A program made the position numbers and the translations under genes. 64,000 nt of DNA, taken from positions 43,152,001 to 43,216,000 of the forward strand of contig NC_083285.1 of assembly GCF_963506605.1 (NCBI RefSeq), written 5' to 3'. The notes beneath the pieces are model-generated. The model saw only the letters and a list, made by a program, of their open reading frames with translations. It searched no databases and had not been told where the DNA came from. Shown here piece after piece: positions 25,595-36,422 of the stretch. The number at the start of each line of letters is the position of its first letter. The first letter of the stretch is position 1. Origin of the DNA: Zootoca vivipara (Eukaryota).

Positions 25595-25997
25595 AAAAAA
25601 AGGATTTTGGTAATTTACCTTCATTCTTCCTTTTCTTGGTCCTATCCAATTCTGGCACTGTCACTCCATTAAAATCGCCCATAAGCATTGTCTTTTGATC
25701 CATATATTCAGTCAGCCTTTCCTCCAGATTCTTGTAGAATTCAGCTTTATTTTCATTCGGTGCATAGATTCCCACCACTAACATTTTTTCTCCCTCAATC
25801 GATATTTGAGCCGCGATTATTCTTCCTTCTTCATCTTTAAAAATCAATTTCGGATCTAATTTCTCCTTTATATACAAGACCACTCCTCTCTTTTTCTTTT
25901 CCATCGAACTTATAAACTCTTTACCCAACCTTTTATTTTTAAGAATATAACTATGTTTTTTTGCCACATGTGTTTCCTGAAGACAAATTATATCCAA
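25595..25997 (-). CDS. L1 ORF2p N-terminal APE endonuclease segment (frameshifted from the main ORF)
   Basis: DIICLQETH, GVVLY, GIYAPN, MGDFN motifs; joins the main ORF if one T of the T7 run is removed (PKSFF-ELVENLG). Confidence 0.9.
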
Positions 25998-26301
25998 ACA
26001 TATTTGTAACTTTTCTACGTAAGCCTGCCTTTCTGAGATTATGCTGTTAACTCAGGATGAACCCGTAAGTAAACTCTATCTTATTTTATGAACACTGTGT
26101 TGTGTATTTCTTTTAAGAGGGACAAAGGGGATTTGCCAGGAAGTATAACATTGTTGTATAGGTTTTAACAAACCTAAACACACACTTTTGCTGCGCACAA
26201 AAGGGGAATGTCACTCTACTGATATTGGAAGCTTGATAACACAAGCTTGGATAGGATCTATCTAATAATATATCCTAATCCACATCGCTAACATTCCCAC
26301 A

Positions 26302-26515
26302 GCAGGAAGGTAAATGGTTTTTCCGTGCACTCTGGTTTCCGTCATGGTGTTCCGTTGCACCAGAAGCTGTTTAGTCATGCTGGCCACATGACCCGGAAAG
26401 CTGTCTGCGGACACATGCCAGCTCCCTTGGCCTGAAAGCGAGATGAGCGCCACAAACCCATAGTCGCCTTTGACAGGGCTTAACTGTCCAGGGGTCCTTT
26501 ACCTTTTTTTACCTA
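26302..26515 (+). mobile_element. Sauria SINE, 3' half
   Basis: Continues GGAAGGTAAA...GTCATGCTGGCCACATGACC...GGGGTCCTTTACCTTT. Confidence 0.9.
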
Positions 26516-28889
26516 CCGTATGTTGGGTAGGTACTTAAACTACCTTAGTTTCCTCTTGCACTCTCCCAGCCTTAGGATTGCACCCTAAGGCTCCAATCTC
26601 ATATCCAAGTACCAAGAAGTAAGTCCATTTTGACTAAATCCAGACTTATTTCTCAGTAGACATGCATAGTAGGATTGTACTGTAGAAGACCAGTTGCTGA
26701 GGATCTTATCCAGCTTGTGCACTTTCCAGAAGCATGTGGATGGCAGCTGTGAGAAGTAGGATGCTCAACTAGATGAATTTGTGGGCTGCTACATCAGGCT
26801 CACGATGTGAAAATAAGAGCAGATGCGCAGGCCATGCAAGTTCAGAACCAGACTCCTATCCAGTGGAGCTAATTGTGTAAGGTTGGCGACAGTGGCAGGC
26901 ATAAGTATGGCGTACTGACAAAACAATACAGTACAAAGCCTTGAAAAATATAGGATGATTACCATTACTACTAGTAGCAGCAGCACAATACCATTAACAG
27001 ACATGGCACTTTACTAAAGAAGCAACGGGTGTTCTAAGAAAAACTACAATCAAAACATTTTATCCACAGTCACAGAAGAGTTTTGGGAGACACATCGCTG
27101 CTGCCCTGCCTTGGCTGGCCCTTATTTACCTGGATTTTGTTTTTTTCTGACAAGCTGGAGGTTTGAAGGCTTGCATAGGTTCAATTTTTTTTTTTACATG
27201 CAGTGTTAATGAGTATCTCTCTCCCTCCCTGCTGCCACCCCTGGAGAAGACGTAGCTGAAATAAACAAGATGAACAATAACAGCAAATGCAGACACACAG
27301 TTAGGAAGAACATCCTCACAAAGGGCACTGGCAGGAATGCAGAGCCAGACAATCACAGGAAGGTCCTAACATGCCTACAGTGTATACATGTTTGCTCAAC
27401 AGGGGTGCAAAAGCACGTTCATTTGCATTACCTCATCAGCTAGCCTTCCACCTTTGTCCCAAACGGCAACACAGGGGTGGGAGTGGAAGAATGTTTGCTA
27501 AGGGGACCCTTTGGGAGCCCACCTTCCCTGTGCCTCTGAGTGGCAGAGGCCAGACTCTGAGGGACGTGGAAGTGTTTCATCTCGGTGGCATTGCTGACAT
27601 TCCAGAGAGCTTGGCAACATGGCAAGAGCTGCAGGAGAAGGGAACCTCCAAGAGCACAGCCAGAGAAGAAGGCTGGAAGGGCTGGAAGCCTTGGCTATGG
27701 CAGTGTTTTCTCGAGATAAGGGTGACCTATTCACACTCGCTCCATAGTTGAGGCAGCAGCCGAAACTTTGCGTCTGACTTGACCTTCCATTGTAGCTTGG
27801 CGATGCTAGCAGACGATGGAATGCTGTGATCCAACCTTTCCTACATCAGCTCCCCATAACCTCTCTCAAAGAGACCCCCCCCGACATTTTTTAATATAAA
27901 AAAATGTGCATTCATGATTATTTGTGCTCATGACGGTTAAGAGGATGGATCTATGTGAAGGATGGATCTATGTGATCCAGCTTTCCTTGTGGAAGTTTCA
28001 GGGTGGACACACTGCTCTGTTTAAGTTTGGTACATGTCCTGGAGCTTCCTGCAGAATGGAAGCAAAGGAGCAACCAGGCCAGTTGGCAGCAAACCCTTGC
28101 AAGCCTGTTGGCCTCCTCGTGTGCCAGACAGCATTCACTCCTGGTTTGACTTTGGAGTCCTCCAGACCGGGTAATCTGGAGCCCTCCAGAGCAAAGTGTG
28201 AGTCAGCAGCAGTTCTTTATCCATGTCCTGCAATTTAGCAACACCATGGACATAGCAGGTGGTGATTACACCTGCACCATGCACTGAAATGCACATGGGC
28301 CAGCTCTCTACATGCAATCACAGCACCTGAAAAGTGTTTGAATCCTAGGCATTGAATCCTAGGCAAAGCTGAGTTCAGCATGTGCAACCATTATAATTAC
28401 GGTATCTTCTGCTTCCACAGTTAGAGACAGTTATGCCTCTGAATACCAGTTGCTGAAAACTGCAGGAGGGGAGAGGGCTCTTGTGCTTGGATCCTGCTTG
28501 TAGGTTTCCCACAGGCATCTGGTTGGCCACTGTGAGAACAGGATTGTGGACCGGATGGGCCATTGGCTGATCCAGCAGGATCTTCTTATGTTAATCAATA
28601 GGCAAACTGAAGGATCATGGATTCCAAGGTGGGGTGGATGGAAGGACGTCTGTCACAACCCAACATCCCATTTCAAGTGTGCAGATCTGTCTATACACCG
28701 TGTTGTTGTACATTCCTGGTGCCTGGTGTGTCTCACCTTACTTCATCTGTGTAAGGTGGCTGGATGAAAAAGAGGGCTGGGCTGCTGGACCTTTAATAGT
28801 TCTGTAGAGGAGGGGATTTGCTGAAATTCCCTCTTCAAAGACAACTATTAAAGGTTGGATTTTCTTTTGACCTGGCCATCATGTGTCAT

Positions 28890-29599
28890 GGCCACTGGTC
28901 CCATCACCTCCTGGCAAATAGAAGGGGAAGAAATTGAGGCAGTGAGAGATTTTACTTTCTTGGGTTCCATGATCACTGCAGATGGTGACCAGTCACAAAA
29001 TTAAAAGACGCCTGCTTCTTGGGAGAAAAGCAATGACAAACCTAGGCAGCATCTTAAAAAGCAGAGACATCACCATGCCGACAAAGGTCCGTATAGTTAA
29101 AGCTATGGTTTTCCCAGTAGTGATGTATGGAAGTGAGAGCTGGACCATAAAGAAGGCTGATCGCCAAAGAATTGATGCTTTTGAATTATGGTGCTGGAGG
29201 AGACTCTTGAGAGTCCCATGGACTGCAAGAAGATCAAACCTATCCCTTTTGAAGGAAATCAGCCCTGAGTGTTCACTGGAAGGACAGATCCTGAAGCTGA
29301 GGCTCCAATACTTGGGCCACCTCATGAGAAGAGAAGACTCCCCGGAAAAGACCCTGATGTTGGGAAAGATGGAGGGCACAAGGAGAAGGGGACGACAGAG
29401 GACAAGATGGTTGGACAGATGGAGGGCACAAGGAGAAGGGGACGACAGAGGATGAGACGGTTGGACAGTGTTCTCAAAGCTACCAACATGAATCTGACCA
29501 AACTGCGGGAGGCAGTGGAAGACAGGAGTGCCTGGCGTGCTCTGGTCCATGGGGTCACGAAGAGTCGGACATGACTAAACGACTAAACAACAACAACAA
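28890..29599 (+). mobile_element. BovB LINE 3' fragment with 50-bp internal duplication
   Basis: Same sequence as the 15405 copy; (CAA)n tail; 12-bp TSD ATCATGTGTCAT. Confidence 0.95.
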
Positions 29600-29761
29600 A
29601 TCATGTGTCATTAGCTCTTTTTAAGTCTGTTAGTCGGGGAAAGCCAAGTGGCATATCTACATTCTTTCCAATATCATTCTTATACCATTTTAACTCCCAT
29701 GTCTTCCTCCAAAAGAATCATGGGAATTAGAGGAAGAATGAGGGTGCAAACATATAGAAGA

Positions 29762-29919
29762 NNNNNNNNNNNNNNNNNNNNNNNNNNNNNNNNNNNNNNN
29801 NNNNNNNNNNNNNNNNNNNNNNNNNNNNNNNNNNNNNNNNNNNNNNNNNNNNNNNNNNNNNNNNNNNNNNNNNNNNNNNNNNNNNNNNNNNNNNNNNNNN
29901 NNNNNNNNNNNNNNNNNNN
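29762..29919. other. Assembly gap (158 N)
   Basis: Run of n. Confidence 1.
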
Positions 29920-30015
29920 GGACGACCTTCCCAGATAGAAGGAGTGTACCGTTCTTCGGTCAAGGGTATACGATAGCTGCGCTCCCCTGCTAGAACCTCC
30001 AAACAAGCTCAAGGT
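29920..30015 (+). pseudogene. RN7SK: 7SK snRNA fragment (central region, 3'-truncated)
   Basis: GGACGACC...TCTTCGGTCAAGGGTATACGA-TAGCTGCGCTCCCCTGCTAGAACCTCCAAACAAGCTCAAGGT matches human 7SK nt ~147-242 as I recall it; no 3' hairpin or U-tract follows. Confidence 0.9.
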
Positions 30016-31235
30016 ACATTCTGCTAGGTTTCAGTAGCCATGCCCAAGAACACTCAGTTTCCAGTGTTCCCAAGGGGAGAATGACAAGTAAGCCAGTTGC
30101 AATCTGTAGTGTAGATGTGCCTGAAGAAATAGCTCATGTATCCAAAAGACGACATGTCACAAGTATGGTGCTGAGATTGTGTTCCTCGGACACATACACA
30201 TATCAAATCCCTGATGTGTTTATACTGATGTGCAAGATCACAGCAAGGCCAAAGGGGTGGGGGTCTGTTTCAGATGGTAGGCTTGGGCACCCTAAATAGT
30301 AAATACCCAAAATAAATGCCAGGTGTGCCAGGGAATAAATAAGGTTCTCCACCCTATAGATAAGGGGTTAGGGGGGTCATTTTGGCACCTGCCCTTGCTA
30401 ATGAATGATGGGAAGGGAAATTGACTCAAAGGAGCTAATTAAAATGTATATATAATTTTCCTCCAGGATCATAACAGCTGCTCATTCATTGTTTGTGATT
30501 TTAAAAATAAAGTCGTCTTGGCATGGGGTCTGGGAGGTGGAGGCAGCCCAGCATCCTGCTAAGAGGTAGGAAAGCATGGCAAGAAAGCAGCTAATTCCAG
30601 TACAGGTTCATAGCTGGGTCTTTGCATTCATGCATTTTCCTTTCCAGTTCTCGAAAAACTGAGCAGGCACTTTTCTGGCAAGACAGAGCAGACACACACA
30701 CAGCACATTCAAAGCACTCTTATATCACTTCAATGGCCTTGGCTTCCCCAATGAATCCTGGGGAACCGTAGTTTGTTAAGGGTGCTGAGAGTGCTTAGGG
30801 CACCTCTCACAGAGCTATAATTCCCAGCATCTTTTAACAAACTACACTTCCCAGGGCTCTTTGGGGGAAACCATGGCCATTAACAGTGGCAGAAGAGTGC
30901 TTTAAATGTATGGTGTGGATGTGACCAATCAAACCATGAAAATGTAGGGAAGAGGGACCAGCGGTGCTTCAGAAGGTCCATACTCTGCACGCAAACTGCA
31001 TGCAAAATATATTTATGTATGCATGGCTGTCTACACACCATGCATTCAAAGCACATTTGAGCATATGGCTTCCCCCAAAGATTTCTGGAAACTGTAGTTA
31101 ACGGTGCTGGGAACTGAAAGTCTGTGGCAGTGAACTACGGTGCCAGGATTCCTTGGGGAAGGCAAGGGCCTTAAATGTGCTTTAATTTTAGGGCTTGCGC
31201 ACTCTGCAATGAATTGGGGTGCTTTATTCCGTGTA

Positions 31236-31663
31236 CAGTGGAACCTCGGTTTATGAACACCTCGGTTTATGAATTTTCGGTTTATGAACACTGCGGACCC
31301 ATCTGGAACGGATTAATTCATTTTCCATTACTTTCAATGGGAAAGTTCGCTTCAGTTTATGAACGCTTCAGTTTATGAACAGACTTCCGGAACCAATTAC
31401 ACCCATGCTTCAGTTTATGAACGCTTCAGTTTAAGTACTCCGCGGACCCATCTGGAACGGATTAATCCACTTTCCATTACTTACAATGGGAAAGTTCGCT
31501 TCAGTTTATGAACGCTTCAGTTTATGAGCGCCGCAGACCCATCTGGAACGGATTAATTCACTTTCCATTACTTTCAATGGGAAAGTTTGCTTCAGTTTAT
31601 GAACGCTTCAGTTTATGAACAGACTTCCGGAACCAATTGTGTTCATAAACCGAGGTACCACTG
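31236..31663. mobile_element. Tc1/mariner MITE with internal tandem array
   Basis: TA|CAGTGGAACCTCGGTTTATGAAC...GTTCATAAACCGAGGTACCACTG|TA; three ~90-bp internal units. Confidence 0.9.
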
Positions 31664-32154
31664 TACTTTGTCCTGATGCCGAGTTTGGAGTCTTCGCAGA
31701 ATGGCGTAACAAGCAACACTGGCATTACTGTATTGTGTGTGAGGCCATTCCAACTACATCACAGCAGGGCGAAGCAGGTTTCCTTGCCATTATTGATCCA
31801 TATGATTGGGATGATGGAGCACCAAGGGTTTGGCCATGCCCACAAATCCAGGGTGAATCAGTGACATCCCATGCCAGAGGACAAGCAACTCTTGGCTGGT
31901 ATGAGTGGAAGATACCACCCTGCCTTGGGGTCCTGTTCATCTCTGGTACGATGCTGGCTCCCCTCCTGGAGACCTACCACACTTCAGAAAACAATTGTTT
32001 TATTATCCATCACTGTGACATCAGTCATTCCCCATCGCTGCTTTCCTGGGCATCCCCAGGGCAACCTCCCTGTCTGGGATGAGATTAGAAGCAAGTGACT
32101 CACAGGACAACAGGGTTCCACAGTTCACCCTTCATCTCTTACCTGCTGACAAAG

Positions 32155-32158
<4 letters not shown>

Positions 32159-32221
<63 letters not shown>
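32159..32221. repeat. (GA)n microsatellite
   Basis: About 31 GA units. Confidence 0.98.
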
Positions 32222-32222
<1 letters not shown>

Positions 32223-34954
32223 ACCCTCCTCCCCACTTCTCCTCACCCTTCATTGCTTCTCTGTCTGTGATTCAGATTGTAGCTGCTGTTCTTCTGCTTC
32301 CTCCCCCGCTCCTTGTGGGGATCTGGTGTGCCCCCCCCCACGCCTCTGCCACTTTTGGCACATCAGCCATGGCAAATAAAGACAACATTCCGCAGAAGCT
32401 GCCCCCAGAAAATTGGCCAAAAAAATTGGAATAAATTAAAATAAAATAAAGAATATTAAAGAAAGGACATGAGAAGGAATAGGAAAACTTACTTGGCCAC
32501 AACATTGAAAATGAAATAGAAGGGAAGAGGAAGGAGGAATGTGGCGGTCTCAGTTGCCCCTTCCCAAATCTCTGAGTTAGCGGCCTTGCTTTTTTTTTAT
32601 TTTACTTTTCAGGAAGGAACCTGGGCTGGTGAGAAACCATTGCACAGCCAGATGGGCGGGGTATAAATAATAAATTATTATTATTATTATTATTATTCAC
32701 ACAAGGTATCGTCACTTGGGGATTTGCTTATAGAGGTTGCAAGTCCTTTAATTAGCTTTCAACCTGTAATTTATTTTCATAGCCAAGGAGGAAATATGAA
32801 CGTAGAGAAGTGTCCCTAATTAAAGAACTCTTATTTTAATCCTTCAAGAGGAAGGTCTGAGTGGATTTCACAATTTGCAGCAAGAAGAGCGATGCCAAAA
32901 TGAGACCAGAGAGTAAATTACATCCCAGAATTCAAATACTATATGGGAGGGAGACAAACCTCTCCCCGCCTGCTTTCTCCATAACATGCATTGCTTTGCA
33001 CACCTCTGTCATATCCCCTTTGACTTGCCCTTTCTCTCTATGCTAAAAGGTCCTTAATGCAGCCACTTTTCCACACAGAGGAGTTGCTCCATCCTTCCCC
33101 TTCATCACTGCAAAGGTGGTCCCCCATCTGCTACCCCACACAGGAGACCCTGCTTTGGTCCTGGGGGGAAACAAGGTTGCAGGAGCAGTTCAATGCATCG
33201 GTCATGGAAGCCTGATGCACTTCCACCATGCATAAAGCCAATGTGCAGAAATGCACACGGGCTAACATAGCTTCACAGACTGGAGCAGCAACCCAGGACT
33301 GTGTTATTAGAGGCTAGTGTGTGCACGGGCAGGGTCATGCGCATGGTCCAGAATTAGAAGTGGGTGCAGGCGGAAGCCGGAGTGAAAGGCTCTCTGTTTG
33401 TTTGACAGCAACCTACCCCACATGCGGCGCTGGTGCCTCCTGACATTTACCCACCCCCACCAAGCCAGCCCACCTCTAGCTTGCACAAAACACTGGAAAT
33501 CCCCTCTGCCTCATCATGTGGGGAGGAGGTGGTCTTCCTACTGTGATCTCACCCTCTTTTGTGTTAATGTGTTGGGATTAGTGGCAAAGTGGGCCGGCAG
33601 AGGGGGAGGGGAGGGGAATGACGGGCAGGAAACCAAGAACACATCAGACGCACTATATTTAGAGGCTTTTATTCAGCTGAGGACAATATTCCTTGATTTC
33701 ACATTGTTCAGGAGAGGGCAGAGGGCAGGGGCGCTATTGAAACCCTTTGTCTTCCGAGATGCCACTTTGTCTGGGTCTGTTGAGGGGGGGGCGGGGGGGG
33801 CTTGTTAACCTGCTCAGACGCGGGAGCTTTTGTCTTGTTTTTGTTAGAGAAGATGCCCTAGTTTGGGTGCCGGAGGGGCAAAGACATATTGCATGGGTGA
33901 TGGTGATGTGGTACCTCCTGTCTGGAGACAGCTGACACATTGCTCTCCATTTCTAAGTGCGGAATCAATAAGAACCACCTCCTGTCACTTATATGGCTAA
34001 GGTTAATTGTTATTACCTTTCAGCGGGGGGGGGGGGCGGGAACCACCTGCAGAGGTGTTCAGCTGTAGGCTGAATAGAGCATGACAAATGCTGCTGGGGT
34101 TATGGCATTCTGCAAGGATGTCTGGAAGCGAAGTCTTAGTCACCTGGGATTTCCCACAGGCAATATCTCACAGCAAAAACGTTATCACGTGGACCGATTT
34201 GTAGGTGCTATGCTCATCACACCACTAGACAATTCTCAATTGGATGTGTGAAGCGTCTTCATTTAATATTTTGCTCCAGGAGATGCAGCCTATGACGGCT
34301 CATTCAACCATGTAAAATAATCGTCGCAACATGGGTTGTATGGGGCCAAAATGCCCCCCAAATAAAAAGCATGCCTTTAAAAGATGGGGAAAATGGGGGG
34401 GACACTCTCAGGAAAAGCCACAGGAACTGTGTGGTCAGTGGTCACCTCAGCTCATGGCATGCAAAAAGCAAGCTGGAAAATTTAAACACCATGAAAAACA
34501 GAAGGCGGAGCAACAGGATCTCCCTCAACTGTTCACTCAAGGGAAGGGAGCAAAAGGCTGCACAGACAATGGTGCTGAGAAGGGTCAGTGGAAAACCACA
34601 AATTCCCCAGCAGAGCTTTCATCAGCCTAGTGCTGTTTTGGACTGCAATTCCCATAGCCCCAGCCAGGAAATTGTAGTCCAAAATAGCTGGAGGGCACCA
34701 GGTTGGTGAAGAGGCTGCCCTGCTTCCAGAGAGAGAGAGAAGGGCCCACTTCATAGCTGGAGCCACATGGCTCTCAACGGGTGCAAGTCATTGTGACTGC
34801 TTGCCTGATTCCTTTCTCTGTTTGCCCAGGCGCATGGTTGGCGTAGGGATTGTGGGCGAGTGGCGTGTATTGCATGAGCACGGTCTGCACCTGTGTAGCA
34901 CTCAATAAGCTGGTGCAGAGGGATTTGAGGGTATCATTCCAGCTTCAGAATTTG

Positions 34955-35322
34955 TAAAGGTAAAGGACCCCTGACAGTTAAGTCCAGTCGCGAACGACTC
35001 TGGGGTTGCGGTGCTCATCTCGCTTTACTGGCCGAGGGAGCCGATGTTTGTCTGCAGACAACTTGCAGGTCATGTGGCCAGCATGACTAAGCCACTTCTG
35101 GCGAACCAGAGCAGCACACGGAAACGCCATTTACCTTCCCGGCAGAGCAGAGTGGTACCTATTTATCTAGTTGCACTTTGACGTGCTTGCGAACTGCTAG
35201 GTTGGCAGGAGCTGGGACTGAACAATGGGAGCTCACCCTGTCGCAGGGATTTGAACCGCCGACCTTCTGATTGGCAAGCCCAAGAGGCTCAGGGGTTTAG
35301 ACCACAACGCCACACACGTTCC
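34955..35322 (-). mobile_element. Sauria SINE
   Basis: Full body; TSD TTCAG(A/G)ATTTGTA. Confidence 0.9.
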
Positions 35323-36043
35323 TGATTCAGGATTTGTAGGCAGTACTAAATCCTAAGAAGTCAATAGCCATTCTCCACTCCAACCCCCTGCCCTATGCTA
35401 GTATACAGAGCAGTGACAATATTGGGCTAACTGTGCATGCAGAGCCACTCTCCCAAAATGACCTTATCAAAGTATGAGGACTTTAATGCCAGGCTGGTAA
35501 AACACATGGCTCGCCAATACAGCCAAGCATCATTTCAGCATATCCCACCCTCCAGCTATTGTACCAACACTGGAGTTCTGCACCAACAGTGCAGTTCTTA
35601 CCTGACTTCTCATGAAAGGAAACAGAGGGGAAATTATTGCAATGGTAGAAAGTGCTGAATCTGCCTCTGGCCTGGGCCTGACCCGTGCAAACTTGCAAAC
35701 CATCTTTCCTGGTGGGTGAGCACCAGATTTTGCTCTTATAACAGATCAAGAAAACCATGGGATGCATCTTTTGGAGGTTCATTCGCCAGGTTGTGAGGGG
35801 GCCATATCTTTAAATGCAGAGCCCATATTTATTTGTGGGAGTGCACCTTCCCCATACATAGAAGGGAAAATCTTTTCCCTTCTATCACACTGATTTGTTA
35901 TGTTGCAGGAAGTTCAGCAAGAGCTGCACCACACCATTCTGTGTAGCTCGGTTCAAACACTCTCGAACTGGGCTCTTCGTCTGCTGCCAGATACCCCATC
36001 CCCTGCCCCAGCCTCCCTCTTACCACAGGTTTACACATTATGT

Positions 36044-36422
36044 GGGATGCGGGTGGCACTGTGGTCTAAACCACTGAGCCCCTTGGGCTTGCTGATCAGA
36101 AGGTTGGCAGTTCAAATCCCCACGACGGGGTGAGCTCCTGTGGCTCTGTCCCAGCTCCTGTCAACCTAGCAGTTTGAACATACCAGTGCAAGTAGATAAA
36201 TAGGTACCGCTCCGGCGGGAAGGTAAACGGCGTTTCCATGTGATCTGGTTTCCGTCACAGTGTCCCGTTGCACCACAAGTGGTTTAGTCATGCTGGCCAC
36301 AGGACCCAGAAAGCTGTCTGTGGCAAACGCCGGCTCCCTCAGCCTGAAAAGCGAGATGAGCACCACACCCCATAGTCGCCTTTGACTGGGCTTAACCATC
36401 CAGGGGTCCTTTACCTTTTACC
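36044..36422 (+). mobile_element. Sauria SINE
   Basis: Full body, ACCTTT tail; TSD TTACACATTATG. Confidence 0.9.

Larger units (their letters stand above)
22145..25997 (-). mobile_element. L1-clade LINE, 5'-truncated within the ORF2 endonuclease
   Basis: 19-bp TSD ACATATTTGTAACTTTTCT (22126-44, 25998-26016); AATAAA plus short poly(A); G-rich 3'UTR. Confidence 0.95.
21827..26301 (+). mobile_element. Solo LTR (~600 bp net), itself interrupted by L1
   Basis: TGTGGGA...TCCCACA termini; 5-bp TSD GCAGG (21822-26, 26302-06); TATA-like GATAAAAG near 21964 and AGTAAA near 26068. Confidence 0.8.

Noticed and set aside
25590-25606. TCC TTT TTT TGA as a programmed +1 frameshift
   Set aside because: L1 ORF2 is normally one frame; a homopolymer indel is far simpler. 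Reconsider only if the family consensus shares it
29600-30100. Functional 7SK gene
   Set aside because: 3' hairpin and terminator are absent, and the upstream sequence is repeat-derived without a clear PSE
31293-31620. CRISPR-like repeat array
   Set aside because: Vertebrate DNA, no unique spacers, and bounded by mariner TIRs with TA TSD
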